A stretch of 45,410 bases of DNA from an uncultured Oscillospiraceae bacterium (GCA_964634065.1 CAZWID010000001.1:1-45410); one strand, 5' to 3'; shown: positions 1-9,977, counted from the stretch's first letter. Translations and numbers: made by a program. Notes: generated by a model not told the origin, from the sequence alone.

Positions 1-539
1 CTGCCGCAGCGTTCGCAAACACCGTCGACGACCTCCTCATTTGCAAGCACGCACTTGCAGGAGGTGCACCAGTTGACGGGCATCGTTGCCTTGTATGCCA
101 GTCCGTGCTTGTACATCTGAAGGAATATCCACTGCGTCCACTTGTAGTACTTGGGGTCGGTGGTATCGACAACTCTGTCCCAATCAAAGCTGTAGCCCAA
201 CATCTTGAGCTGAGAGGTAAAGGTCTTTATATTGTCCTCAGTGACCTTGGTGGGATGAATATGAGTCTTTATCGCATAGTTTTCGGTGGGCAAACCGAAG
301 GCGTCAAAGCCTATCGGAAACAGAACGTTATAGCCCTCCATCCTCTTTTTGCGGCTGACTATATCTATCGCCGTAAAGGGTCTGGGGTGACCGACATGGA
401 GACCCTGTCCGGAGGGGTACGGAAACTCTATAAGTCCGTAAAACTTAGGTCTGGGGTCGCCCGTAATTGCGGCATAGGGCTTCTTTTCTTCCCAAATGTC
501 CTGCCATTTCTTTTCTATTGCCGTAAAATCGTATTTCAT
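1..539 (-). CDS. leuS: leucyl-tRNA synthetase, N-terminal fragment (continues past the window edge)
   Basis: Absent from the ORF track because it is open at the edge. My minus-strand translation from ATG 539..537 reads [91 protein letters not shown]. This has the class-I HIGH motif (HVGH) and a LeuS-type N-terminus. SD GGGAGA lies upstream. Confidence 0.9.
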   Translation of the reverse strand, partial: MKYDFTAIEKKWQDIWEEKKPYAAITGDPRPKFYGLIEFPYPSGQGLHVGHPRPFTAIDIVSRKKRMEGYNVLFPIGFDAFGLPTENYAIKTHIHPTKVTEDNIKTFTSQLKMLGYSFDWDRVVDTTDPKYYKWTQWIFLQMYKHGLAYKATMPVNWCTSCKCVLANEEVVDGVCERCG

Positions 540-583
540 TTTTTATTTCTCCCTTATCAGTTTATTGTTTTTCCGAATGCCCC

Positions 584-946
584 TTAGCAGGGGCCGATAA
601 GGGATGAGAGTTCGACCTCCTCAGCATCGGACCACAGCCGTTCAAGGTTATAAAACTCTCTTGTTTCCTCGGTGAATACGTGGGCAACGACACAGCCGAA
701 GTCAAGCAGCACCCAATTGCCGCTGCGGTAGCCCTCTCTGCGGATGGGCGGTTCTCCCGCTTCGCTCAGTGCCTTGTCGATCTCGTCGGTCAGGGTCTTG
801 ATATGCGTCGAGGAAGTGCCGGTGCATATCACGAAATAGTCGCAAAGCGTCGTAAGATCGTGCGTCTTTAAGACCTTGATATCCTTGCCTTTTTTATCAT
901 TCAGTGCTTTTGCCGCGATCGCCGCGACATCTTTCGGTGTCATCAT
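584..946 (-). CDS. rsfS: ribosome silencing factor RsfS (iojap family)
   Basis: 120 aa. The segments KALNDKKGKDIKVL, CDYFVICTG and NWVLLDFGCVVAHVF are typical of RsfS/DUF143. It sits directly upstream of leuS with only a 44-nt gap. Confidence 0.9.
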   Translation of the reverse strand: MMTPKDVAAIAAKALNDKKGKDIKVLKTHDLTTLCDYFVICTGTSSTHIKTLTDEIDKALSEAGEPPIRREGYRSGNWVLLDFGCVVAHVFTEETREFYNLERLWSDAEEVELSSLIGPC

Positions 947-2172
947 CAGTTACCACCCTCATCTGTCAGTAGATCGGAGTACGGAAGCATACCGTAATTC
1001 TCCGTTGTGGGATTGCTGCTGTATAAATAGAAGCTTGTCACGCCGCCTCTCAAAGGCTCCGACGTGTAATAGAAATTGCCGTTTATGACCGTGACCATGT
1101 CGAGCTTGTCATAGGTAATATCCTGCTCATAGGGATTGAGGCAGGTATTCACCGTATCGATCCATGCGGTAATGTCGGGGAACACATAGCTGAGACCGCA
1201 GATATCGCCGCAGTAGGAGTTGAGTGCCGGCATCTTTATAAACTGTATGCTGTCGCTGCTGAGCTCCAAAAACTCCTTGAGGAAGAAACGGACATTGTCA
1301 CCCGTAAGCGGTTCGCCGGTATGGGTGTTGACCGTTGTAACTCTGGTTTCCGCAATCTCGATGAGCTCATCGATGTTGGGAATGTTGCCGAGTGACAGCA
1401 CCTGACTTGCAAGCGTTCTGAAGAAATCCTGCTGAACGTCGATACGGTCGATATCGCCCATACCGTAGGTCGCTCTGAAGCGGAGCACCTGTACAGCCTG
1501 CTCACCGTTGAGGGTTTGCAGTCCCTTGTTTATGTGGATATGCAAATCCTGTGCGGGGTCATCGTAGTTCATATTGCAGGGAACATCAAACTCTACGCCG
1601 CCTATCGTGTCGACTATCTCCTCTGCTGCCTTGAGGTCGATAACGACAACATTGTCGACCTTGAAGCCGAGCATCTTTTCGACCGCCTCGGCAAGTGCCG
1701 TATATCCGTCACCGCCGGAGTTTATGCTTCCGGGATACACGCTGTTTATCTTCTTGACGCTTTGCTGGGAATTGATGAGAGTATCTCTCGGAAGACTCAC
1801 GACATTGAGCGTATTCTCATCGGTATCAAAGCGTGCGACCATGATGGTGTCGGTATTGTTGCCGACCTTGTCAAGTCCGACTATCAGGAAGGTGTAGCAC
1901 CCTGTCTCTCTCTGCACTTCTTCGGGATCGTTGACAACGGGAGGTTCGGTGAAAAACTGAACAAATACAAACCATGCCGCGGCAAGCAGTGCCGCAATAA
2001 CAAGGAGCACGATAAGTATTTTCTTTATTGCGGAGCCTTTTTTCTTCTTTTTGCGCTTTTTGGGCTTATCGTTATTTAATGCCGCATCGACGGCAATCTG
2101 TTCCGCAGTCAGTTCTTCTTCGGAGCGGTCAGCGTCGCCGTTCTTTTTGCTTTTGTTTCCGTATAGCTGCAT
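946..2172 (-). CDS. LytR-CpsA-Psr (LCP) family cell-envelope polymer transferase
   Basis: 408 aa. Lys-rich cytoplasmic tail, one TM helix (ILIVLLVIAALLAAAWFVFV), then the LCP core FLIVGLDKVGNNTDTIMVARFDTDENTLNVVSLPRDT. Confidence 0.85.
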   Translation of the reverse strand: MQLYGNKSKKNGDADRSEEELTAEQIAVDAALNNDKPKKRKKKKKGSAIKKILIVLLVIAALLAAAWFVFVQFFTEPPVVNDPEEVQRETGCYTFLIVGLDKVGNNTDTIMVARFDTDENTLNVVSLPRDTLINSQQSVKKINSVYPGSINSGGDGYTALAEAVEKMLGFKVDNVVVIDLKAAEEIVDTIGGVEFDVPCNMNYDDPAQDLHIHINKGLQTLNGEQAVQVLRFRATYGMGDIDRIDVQQDFFRTLASQVLSLGNIPNIDELIEIAETRVTTVNTHTGEPLTGDNVRFFLKEFLELSSDSIQFIKMPALNSYCGDICGLSYVFPDITAWIDTVNTCLNPYEQDITYDKLDMVTVINGNFYYTSEPLRGGVTSFYLYSSNPTTENYGMLPYSDLLTDEGGN

Positions 2173-2184
2173 CGTTATCCCTTC

Positions 2185-3360
2185 CTACCGAATATCGGTC
2201 GTTATATCTCTGTACCATTCATAAGCGGACACCGTGACCTCATAGGGCTCCGTACCGTAGCTTCTGATGTCCTCAAGGCTCATTGAAAGCCCCAATGCCA
2301 TTGCCCTGTCAAGGTCCTCATAGGCAAGTGCTCTGAGCTTTGCCACTCCGTCGAATTTCCTGTTCGGCTCGATATAATCCGCCATGTAGATTATTTTTTC
2401 CAACAGAGTCATGTTCGGCTTCCCCGTCGTATGCCAACGGATGGCGGAATAAACTCTGTCGTTTATATTGAAAAGGTCTTTTGCAAGTGCCGCTCCCGTT
2501 TTGGAATGGAGCAGCTTGACGTTTGCCTTTTCATGGTTATCGTTTATAATACCATATTTTTCGCTCAATAGCAATTGTTCGGATAGCACAAGATTTTTCG
2601 TAATATCATGCAAAATTCCGGCTTCCGCAGCATCCTCGACGTTTTCGCCCCACCGTATCGCCAGCTTCACCGCTTCTTCCTCGCAGCCCATAACGTGAGG
2701 AATACGCTTCGGTGCAAGATAGGCATACGCCTTTTCTCTGAGCCACGGCAGCGCGGGACGTGCGTCATAATCGCCGTTTTTTATGATCTGAGCGTAAACC
2801 GCATCGGGCAGCATCGTGTCTCCCATGCGTTTCGGCAAAAGAGTGCGTATCTCAGACGATGACATAGGCAAGGGCTCGTGCGTTATATACTCTATCTTCG
2901 CACCGTAGTTTTCCTTCAGGTAGTCCGCGTGTGCGTATATTGCCGCGCTCTCTCCTTCCGCTCTTTGAAATACCGCAAGGGTCGCATTTTGCAGGATATA
3001 CTCAAAGCGATTCCACGTCTCAAAGCTAAGCAGCATATCCGTTCCCATCGCAAAGCAAAGCTCCGCATCGGGATACATTTCGCGAAAAGCCTTAACGGTG
3101 TCCGAGGAATAGCTTTTTCCGGTACGTCGAAGCTCCATATCCGACACCTCGACCTCGGGAATATCGCAAAACGCAAGTCGGGTAAGCAAAAGACGCTCCG
3201 TCTCGTCCGGACTTCCCTCTGCCAAAGGCTTATGCGGCGGTATCCTGTCGGGTATCACAAGGAGCTTTTCGGGTCTGCATCGCTCAATTATCGAGCGAAG
3301 TGCCGCCTTATGCCCCAAATGCGGCGGATTGAATGTGCCGCCGTAAATGACGATTCTCAT
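2185..3360 (-). CDS. nadD: fusion of nicotinate-nucleotide adenylyltransferase (NadD) with a YqeK-type HD phosphohydrolase
   Basis: 391 aa. The N-half MRIVIYGGTFNPPHLGHKAAL carries the nucleotidyltransferase HxGH motif. The C-half carries HD-domain motifs (HVMGCEEEAV, AGILHDITK, RWHTTG) typical of YqeK. Confidence 0.85.
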   Translation of the reverse strand: MRIVIYGGTFNPPHLGHKAALRSIIERCRPEKLLVIPDRIPPHKPLAEGSPDETERLLLTRLAFCDIPEVEVSDMELRRTGKSYSSDTVKAFREMYPDAELCFAMGTDMLLSFETWNRFEYILQNATLAVFQRAEGESAAIYAHADYLKENYGAKIEYITHEPLPMSSSEIRTLLPKRMGDTMLPDAVYAQIIKNGDYDARPALPWLREKAYAYLAPKRIPHVMGCEEEAVKLAIRWGENVEDAAEAGILHDITKNLVLSEQLLLSEKYGIINDNHEKANVKLLHSKTGAALAKDLFNINDRVYSAIRWHTTGKPNMTLLEKIIYMADYIEPNRKFDGVAKLRALAYEDLDRAMALGLSMSLEDIRSYGTEPYEVTVSAYEWYRDITTDIR

Positions 3361-3665
3361 TTTTTCTTGCTCTTTACAAGCTCTATTTTGGGCTCTTTTA
3401 TATTTCTTTTAAACAGCACGAACTTGCTTCCGATGGTCTGAACGACCTCGGCACCGCAAAGCGATGCAAGCTCCTCAGCCGCTTCTCTTGCAGAAAGCAG
3501 TGAGTTTTCAAGCACTCTGCCCTTTATGAGCTCTCTTGCGGCAAGAGCGTTATTGACCTCGACAACGGTATTTTCACCGATGCCGCCCTTGCCTATCTGA
3601 ATTATCGTGTCCTGCGTCATCGCAAGACCCTTAAGCTGCGATCTCTGCTTACTTGTCAGTGTCAT
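3357..3665 (-). CDS. yhbY: YhbY/CRM-domain RNA-binding ribosome assembly protein
   Basis: 102 aa. LTSKQRSQLKGLA, IIQIGKGGI and ELIKGRVL match the YhbY (YqeI) pattern. 4-nt overlap with nadD. Confidence 0.85.
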   Translation of the reverse strand: MTLTSKQRSQLKGLAMTQDTIIQIGKGGIGENTVVEVNNALAARELIKGRVLENSLLSAREAAEELASLCGAEVVQTIGSKFVLFKRNIKEPKIELVKSKKK

Positions 3666-4251
3666 TGTATTCCCTCAATTTCTTTTTGAACTCTCTCAGT
3701 GCCTTACCTCTGTGCGATATGGCGTATCTGTCCTCGTCGCTCATCTCCGCCATAGTGCAATCAAAGCCGTCGGGCTTAAATACACTGTTATAGCCGAAGC
3801 CGCCCGTACCGCGCTGCTCACGGATTATCTCGCCATGGCAGTACTGCTCGGTTCGGATAATATCGCCGTTCGGCATTATACAGCATATGCTGCAGACGAA
3901 TTTCGCCGCTCTTTGTTCCTCTTTTTCCATGACGGAAAGCAGATACACGTTTCTTTCGTGATCGCTTGCCGAGTGTCCGCCGGGTGCAAAACGTGCGGAA
4001 TATATGCCCGGTGCTCCGTCCAGTGCGTCGACCGCAAGACCCGAATCGTCCGCAAGCGTTGCCTCTCCGGTGGCTTTATAAACCGCTTCCGCTTTTAGGT
4101 ATGCGTTTTCGGCAAAGGTCGTTCCGGTTTCGTCGACCTCGAAGTTACAGCCTGCTTCGGACTGGCTGAGTATTTCGACATCGGTATCCGACATGAGCTC
4201 TCTCAGCTCACGCAGCTTATTCTTATTGTTGCTTGCAAGTATCAGCTTCAT
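3649..4251 (-). CDS. rdgB: non-canonical purine NTP pyrophosphatase (RdgB/Ham1 family)
   Basis: 200 aa. MKLILASNNKNKLRELRELM N-terminus; FGYNSVF and SHRGKAL motifs. Confidence 0.9.
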   Translation of the reverse strand: MKLILASNNKNKLRELRELMSDTDVEILSQSEAGCNFEVDETGTTFAENAYLKAEAVYKATGEATLADDSGLAVDALDGAPGIYSARFAPGGHSASDHERNVYLLSVMEKEEQRAAKFVCSICCIMPNGDIIRTEQYCHGEIIREQRGTGGFGYNSVFKPDGFDCTMAEMSDEDRYAISHRGKALREFKKKLREYNDTDK

Positions 4252-5156
4252 GCCTTAAACAACGCCTCCACGAAATCCTTTGAGTCGAAGGGGATAAGAT
4301 CGTCGACACCTTCACCCACACCGACGTACTTCACGGGGAGCTTCAGCTCGTTGGCTATCGCAAATACGATGCCGCCCTTTGCCGTACCGTCAAGCTTTGT
4401 CAGTACGATGCCGGTTATGCCCGCAGTCTCGGAAAACTGCTTTGCCTGAATAAGTCCGTTCTGCCCCGTCGTCGCATCGAGCACCATGAGAGTCTCGATA
4501 TCCGCATCGGGAAGCTCACGGCGAACGACTCTGCTTATCTTGCCGAGCTCGTTCATGAGATTTGCCTTGTTGTGCAGTCTGCCGGCTGTGTCGATTATGA
4601 TTATATCCGCGCCCCTTGCCTTTGCCGCACATATACCGTCATACACGACGGATGCGGGATCGCTGCCTTCCTCGTGCCGCACAATATCGGCTCCCGAACG
4701 CTCCGCCCAGACACCGAGCTGCTCCGCCGCCGCCGCTCTGAAGGTATCTCCCGCGCACAGCAGCACCTTCTTGCCCTCCGCCTTATAACGCGCCGAGAGC
4801 TTTCCTATCGTCGTTGTCTTTCCGACACCGTTTACTCCGACCATGAGTATGACCGAGGGTTTTGTATCGAGCTTCATCGTCGGATCGTTTTCCGATAGGA
4901 CATCGGTCAGCATACCGACAAGAGCGTCTCTTGCCGGTCTTGCCTTGGAGATACGCTGACGGTAGATCATTCGCTTATAGTCGAACAAAAGCTGCGCGAC
5001 GTTCTCCGCACCCATGTCGCTCATCACCAAAAGCTCCTCAAGCTCCTCATAAAAATCGTCGCTCTCGGCATTGAAGTTTCGGAATATCTCCTCAAGGTCC
5101 TCAAGGTTCTTACGGCTCTTTGAAAGACCCGAAAACATTTTATCGAAAAATCCCAT
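4248..5156 (-). CDS. ftsY: signal recognition particle receptor FtsY
   Basis: 302 aa. SRP-GTPase NG domain with GVNGVGKTTTIGKL, DTAGRLH and TKLDGTAKGG. Confidence 0.93.
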   Translation of the reverse strand: MGFFDKMFSGLSKSRKNLEDLEEIFRNFNAESDDFYEELEELLVMSDMGAENVAQLLFDYKRMIYRQRISKARPARDALVGMLTDVLSENDPTMKLDTKPSVILMVGVNGVGKTTTIGKLSARYKAEGKKVLLCAGDTFRAAAAEQLGVWAERSGADIVRHEEGSDPASVVYDGICAAKARGADIIIIDTAGRLHNKANLMNELGKISRVVRRELPDADIETLMVLDATTGQNGLIQAKQFSETAGITGIVLTKLDGTAKGGIVFAIANELKLPVKYVGVGEGVDDLIPFDSKDFVEALFKA

Positions 5157-5165
5157 ATATCCTCC

Positions 5166-8100
5166 TCAGTTTTCCTCAACCGTTTTCCGCGCCGCCTCAA
5201 GGTCAAGCTCTATGACCTTCGTGACGCCCTTTTCCTGCATCGTCACACCGTACAGGAAGTCGGCTTCCTCCATGGTGCCGCGTCTGTGGGTTATGACGAC
5301 GAACTGCGTCTTATCGCTGATTCTGCGAAGGTATTCCGCAAAGCGCACAACGTTTGCCTCGTCCAGTGCCGCCTCTATCTCGTCCATTACGCAGAACGGT
5401 GTGGGTCGCACCTTGAGTATGGCAAAGTACAGTGCTATCGCGACAAACGCCTTTTCACCGCCGGAAAGCAGGCTGATATTCGACACCGCCTTGCCCGGTG
5501 GCTGAACCTTTATCTCAATGCCGCACTCCAAGGGATCGTTTTCGTCCTCAAGGACAAGGCTCGCTTTGCCGCCGCCGAAAAGCTCCAAAAACGTCGTTCG
5601 GAAGTTTTCGTCTATGAGCTTAAACTCTCTCGTGAATACCGCCTTCATTTCGCCGGTAACGTCGTTTATGACGGAAAGCAGCTCCTTCTTCGCCTTTTCC
5701 ACATCGTCACGCTGACCGGAGAGAAACTCATATCTGGTATTGACTCTCTCGTATTCGTCTATCGCGCCGATATTCGGTGTGCCGAGAGCGGATATCTGCC
5801 GTCTGAGCTCGGCAATACCGCGGCTCTCCTTTTGGAGATTTTCGACCGGCTGACGGAGCTCCTGTGCCGCAGTGTGCGACAGCTCATAGCTGTCCCACAG
5901 CTTATCGAGAATCTGCTTTTCCTCCATCTCGGCTTCAAGCTTCTTGTTTTCCAATCGCGCACAGCTTCGCTCAAGCTCCAAAAGCTCCTTGTTCTTATCC
6001 TGTGCGTCTCTGTCGGCTTTGGTACGTCTGCCTTCAAGCTCAAGCTTCTTATCGTTTAATGCCGTAATCTCGTCTCTGACCTTTTGCGCCGCGGCGGACA
6101 GCTTTTCACGTTCTTCGGCATTGCTCTCAAGCTTTTTCTCTATCGCGGTCTTTGCCGATATCGCCGCATCTATCGCCGCCTTGCGGGTCTTTCCGTCACC
6201 GGACAGTGCCGTCAGCAGCGCGGAAAGCTGCGTCGATGCCGCTTCGGTCGCTCGCCTTTCGGCGGTCGCCGCACTCAGCGAATTGCGAACGGCGTTTTGA
6301 TCCTCGGTCGCTATCTCAAGCTCATAGCGCAGTCCCGAAAGTGCGGCTGCCGCTTTTTGCTGCTCATCCTTCGACCTTTGCAGCTCCGCTTGTTTTTTGA
6401 TTAGCTGCTCTTTCAGCTTTGTCAGCTCGTTTGCGCGCGACAGTATGCCCGTGCCCTTTGCGGCACTGCCGCCCGTCATCGATCCGCCTGCGTTTATAAG
6501 CTGCCCGTCAAGCGAAACGATGCGCAGTCGGTTGCCGTTATTTTTCGATATGCGCACGGCATCCGACAGTGTTTCGGCAACTACCGTTCTGCCGAGAAGG
6601 CTTGCGAATATGCCGTCGTATTTTTTATCGAAATGAGCAAGATCGTATGCCACGCCCACAAAGCCGTCATCGTTTATCGGCGCGTCCTTCATCACACCGC
6701 CTCTGACGGTGTCTATCGGCAAAAACGTCGCTCTGCCGGAATCGCTGCGCTTTAAGAGTTCTATCGCACTGCGACCGTCGTTCTGCGTATCGACAACGAT
6801 GTTCTGCATCGCGGCACCCAGTGCCGTCTCAATGGCAAGGGCATATTCGTCGTCGGCGCGCAAAAGATTTGCCACGGGACCGTGTACGCCCTTGAGGCTG
6901 CCTCTCTTATGCTCACGCATGACGGTCTTTACCGCCTTGGAAAAGCCTTCATACTCCTTTTCCATTTCGCTGATCATATGTATTTTCGCGTCCAAACTTC
7001 TGATGTCCACGGTAAGCGTCTGCGTCTTTTCCTCAAGCAGCCTGTATGCATTCTCTCGCGAACCGAGCTTCATGCGGCAGCCTTCGATAACGTTTGCAGC
7101 CGAGGAGAGCTTTTCACGCAGCTCACCGAGTTTTACGTCGATCTCCGCTATCTTACCGTCGTTCTCGGCAAGAGTCGCCTCGATCTCATGCACTCTCGTC
7201 TCCGCCTCCGCCATATCGGATCTCATTCGTTCGATCTCCGCTTCGCTGCTTTTAATATTTGCACGCAGCACCGCAGCATGAGAATCGTTTTCCGACAGTC
7301 TGCCTTCCGCGGCAGACAGTCTTTGCCTTGCGTTTTCGGCTTCAACATCCTTTTCACGCATACGGAGGCTTATATTTTCCGACGATGCATACAGTGCCTC
7401 AAGGCTCCTGTGGGCATTGTCAAGCTTTGACTTTGCTTCCTTGTACGCCGCCATGACATCGGCAGACTGGGCACGGAGCTTATCAAGCGTCGCCATCCAC
7501 ACCGAGATTTCTCGGATACGCATCTCGTCTCTCAAGACAAGGTATTTTTTCGCCGTCTCCGACTGCTTCCTGAGCGGCTCTATCTGGAGCTCCAGCTCAT
7601 CGATCTTGTCGCATATTCTGAGCAGGTTTTCCTCGGTCTTTTCGAGCTTGCGCTCGGACTCCTCCTTACGGCTGCGGTAGCGGGATATGCCCGCCGCTTC
7701 CTCGAATATTTCCCTGCGGTCGGTGCTCTTTGACGACACAATCTCCGCTATTCTGCCCTGTCCGATAATCGAGTAACCGTCTCTGCCGAGACCCGTATCC
7801 ATCAGCAGACTGTTTATGTCCTTGAGTCTTACGGCTTCTCTGTTTATGTAGTATTCACTCTCACCGCTGCGGTAGTAACGACGGGTTAGCACAAGCTCAT
7901 TACTGTCAAAATCAAATATGCGGTCTGAGTTGTCGATTATCAGCGACACCTGCGCAAAGCCAAGTGCACCTCTCTTTTCGGTGCCGCTGAATATGACATC
8001 CTCCATCTTTCCGCCTCTGAGAGTCTTTGAACGCTGCTCGCCCATGACCCAAAGTATTGCATCGGATATATTCGATTTTCCGGATCCGTTGGGTCCGACT

Positions 8101-8186
8101 ATCGCGGTTATTTCTTTTTCAAATGTTATTCTGGTCTTCTCCGGAAAGCTTTTGAAGCCCTGAATTTCCACGCATCTTAGGTACAT
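5166..8186 (-). CDS. smc: chromosome segregation protein SMC (short-armed, 1006 aa)
   Basis: Walker A GPNGSGKSN. Hinge begins about residue 433 (GVHGPVANLL...GAAMQNIVVD). Signature LSGGEKAFVAIAL and Walker B FCVMDEIEAALD. Long heptad-rich arms. Confidence 0.92.
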   Translation of the reverse strand: MYLRCVEIQGFKSFPEKTRITFEKEITAIVGPNGSGKSNISDAILWVMGEQRSKTLRGGKMEDVIFSGTEKRGALGFAQVSLIIDNSDRIFDFDSNELVLTRRYYRSGESEYYINREAVRLKDINSLLMDTGLGRDGYSIIGQGRIAEIVSSKSTDRREIFEEAAGISRYRSRKEESERKLEKTEENLLRICDKIDELELQIEPLRKQSETAKKYLVLRDEMRIREISVWMATLDKLRAQSADVMAAYKEAKSKLDNAHRSLEALYASSENISLRMREKDVEAENARQRLSAAEGRLSENDSHAAVLRANIKSSEAEIERMRSDMAEAETRVHEIEATLAENDGKIAEIDVKLGELREKLSSAANVIEGCRMKLGSRENAYRLLEEKTQTLTVDIRSLDAKIHMISEMEKEYEGFSKAVKTVMREHKRGSLKGVHGPVANLLRADDEYALAIETALGAAMQNIVVDTQNDGRSAIELLKRSDSGRATFLPIDTVRGGVMKDAPINDDGFVGVAYDLAHFDKKYDGIFASLLGRTVVAETLSDAVRISKNNGNRLRIVSLDGQLINAGGSMTGGSAAKGTGILSRANELTKLKEQLIKKQAELQRSKDEQQKAAAALSGLRYELEIATEDQNAVRNSLSAATAERRATEAASTQLSALLTALSGDGKTRKAAIDAAISAKTAIEKKLESNAEEREKLSAAAQKVRDEITALNDKKLELEGRRTKADRDAQDKNKELLELERSCARLENKKLEAEMEEKQILDKLWDSYELSHTAAQELRQPVENLQKESRGIAELRRQISALGTPNIGAIDEYERVNTRYEFLSGQRDDVEKAKKELLSVINDVTGEMKAVFTREFKLIDENFRTTFLELFGGGKASLVLEDENDPLECGIEIKVQPPGKAVSNISLLSGGEKAFVAIALYFAILKVRPTPFCVMDEIEAALDEANVVRFAEYLRRISDKTQFVVITHRRGTMEEADFLYGVTMQEKGVTKVIELDLEAARKTVEEN

Positions 8187-8238
8187 TCGTATTCCTCTGA
8201 GTTATGTTATCTTCTGTTTCCACACAATTTAGCATTTT

Positions 8239-8267
8239 ATTATACCACCTAAGCTTCGGCTTTTCAA
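8239..8267 (-). promoter_or_regulatory. sigma-A type promoter upstream of smc
   Basis: The minus strand reads TTGAAA (8267..8262), a 17-nt spacer, then TGgTATAAT (extended -10, hexamer 8244..8239). It lies about 50 nt upstream of the smc ATG. Confidence 0.55.
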
Positions 8268-8269
8268 GA

Positions 8270-8301
8270 AAAATACGAAAAACGGAGCGTTTTGCTCCGT
8301 T
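8270..8301 (-). terminator. rho-independent terminator after the radical-SAM gene
   Basis: 8-bp stem AACGGAGC/GCTCCGTT (8281..8288 and 8294..8301) with a 5-nt loop, starting right after the stop codon. On the minus strand it is followed by TTTCGTATTT. Confidence 0.6.
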
Positions 8302-9303
8302 TTAAAGTAATATCACACTGCCCTTTTCGATATCATCGGTTTTGACCTTTATATCTTTCAGCGAAAGCTCGGCTTTGAGCCATTCGATATTGCAGCGGTG
8401 CTGTCCTATGAGCTTTGAGACATCGGATGGGTTTACGCCGAGAGTTACGGTTGAGCACCTTGTGTCCTTTAAAAGCTCATATGCTTTGTTGCGCATTATC
8501 CTCGAATACACAAGCTCACCCAAAGCAGGGTGATATGCTCCGCCCGCCGCCGCTCCGCCGGAGAGCTCCTCCGTCGGATTTAGTCCCATGCGAATTATCT
8601 TTATTCCCGCGGTCTCAAACATCGGGACTATTTTTGCGCAAACGCTTACCGCATTCTCCACGGTGTGCTCCGTGTAATGTCCCGTCTGCCACAAATCGAA
8701 CAGTGCCGTGTCACGCACTATGACCGTCGGGTATATCCTGACCGCATCGGGCTTTAAGGCTATTATACGTTGTGCCGTTTCTATACTGCGTTTTTCGCTG
8801 TCCCCCGGAAGTCCGGTCATCATTTGCAGCACAAGCTCAAAGCCTTTTGCCTTTATGAGCTTTGACGCATCCTCCACCGCTTTTGAATCATGCCCTCTGC
8901 CGGAGAGTGAAAGCACCTCATCGCACATAGACTGTGCTCCGAGCTCAACGGTCGTAACGCCGTAGCGCGAAAGCCTTTTGAGTACGGCTTCGTCAATGGC
9001 ATCGGGACGGGTCGAAAGACGTATCGAGCTCACCGTTCCGTTTTCAAGGTACGGAGCGGCGGCGGAAAGCAGCTCCTCCTGCTGCGATACGGGGATCGCC
9101 GTGAAGCTGCCGCCGTAAAACGCAAGCTGACGCTTTGTCCCCTGCGGCGTTAAGCTCGCAGCGGTCTCTATTGCATTTTTGACCGTTTCTGCCGTCGCGG
9201 GCTCCTTTTCACCGGATATGCGGCGTTGATTGCAGAAAACGCAGTCATTCGGGCAGCCGAGATGTGGCACGAAAACCGGTATTATACTGTTTCTCGCTGT
9301 CAT
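8302..9303 (-). CDS. radical SAM protein (ELP3/MiaB-like family, function unknown)
   Basis: 333 aa. CPNDCVFC is a CX3CX2C cluster motif at residues 17-24. ATGA overlap with rnc. Confidence 0.8.
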   Translation of the reverse strand: MTARNSIIPVFVPHLGCPNDCVFCNQRRISGEKEPATAETVKNAIETAASLTPQGTKRQLAFYGGSFTAIPVSQQEELLSAAAPYLENGTVSSIRLSTRPDAIDEAVLKRLSRYGVTTVELGAQSMCDEVLSLSGRGHDSKAVEDASKLIKAKGFELVLQMMTGLPGDSEKRSIETAQRIIALKPDAVRIYPTVIVRDTALFDLWQTGHYTEHTVENAVSVCAKIVPMFETAGIKIIRMGLNPTEELSGGAAAGGAYHPALGELVYSRIMRNKAYELLKDTRCSTVTLGVNPSDVSKLIGQHRCNIEWLKAELSLKDIKVKTDDIEKGSVILL

Positions 9304-9974
9304 TTATGTAGCTTCTTCAAAGCTTCGCAGGCAGCAGCCTGCTCCGCCTCCTTTTTCGTATGTCCTTCTCCGACTCCGACCTCATTGCCGTTTATGATAA
9401 CTCGGAAGCGGAACACTTTGTTGTGATCGGGACCCGATTCTCCGATGAGCTCATAGCTTATATGCGTGCCCTGAGTGCGCTGAACCAACTCCTGAAGCTC
9501 CGTCTTATAATCCTCGGTGCCCTTTGATTTTATACTTTCGGGATTGAGCAGAGTGCGCCTTATAAATGCGTCGGCAGGCTCTATGCCGCCGTCAAGATAT
9601 ATCGCGGCAAGCACCGCTTCCGTCGCATCCGCAAGAATCGACGGTCGTTCTCTGCCACCGTTTTTATCCTCTCCCTTGCCCATACGCAGGTATTTGCCGA
9701 GAGATATCTCCTTTGCGACGGCATAGAGGCTTTGCTCGCAGACAAGCTCCGAGCGCAGTCTCGTCATCTTTCCTTCGGGCATGGGCGGCTTAATGTCATA
9801 GATATATCTCGCACTGATAAGCTCCAACACCGCATCGCCCAAATACTCAAGACGCTCGTTGCTGTAAATGCCCTTTCCCCTGTTTTCGTTTGCGTATGAG
9901 GAATGAGTCAGAGCATGGCAAAGCAGCTCCCTGTCTTTAAACTCATATCCCAATTTTTCTTCAAGCTCACGCAC
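9300..9974 (-). CDS. rnc: ribonuclease III
   Basis: 224 aa. HALTHSSYANE and ERLEYLGDAVLEL signature, plus a C-terminal dsRBD (GEGHTKKEAEQAAA). Confidence 0.93.
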   Translation of the reverse strand: MRELEEKLGYEFKDRELLCHALTHSSYANENRGKGIYSNERLEYLGDAVLELISARYIYDIKPPMPEGKMTRLRSELVCEQSLYAVAKEISLGKYLRMGKGEDKNGGRERPSILADATEAVLAAIYLDGGIEPADAFIRRTLLNPESIKSKGTEDYKTELQELVQRTQGTHISYELIGESGPDHNKVFRFRVIINGNEVGVGEGHTKKEAEQAAACEALKKLHK

Positions 9975-9977
9975 TTT

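Noticed and set aside
540-583. Looked for a T-box leader upstream of leuS.
   Set aside because: Only 44 nt separate rsfS from leuS and they contain just an SD. There is no room for a T-box, so leuS appears to be co-transcribed with rsfS.
105-587. 160-aa plus-strand ORF at the left edge.
   Set aside because: The opposite strand encodes an unmistakable LeuS N-terminus (HIGH motif), so this ORF is an antisense artefact.
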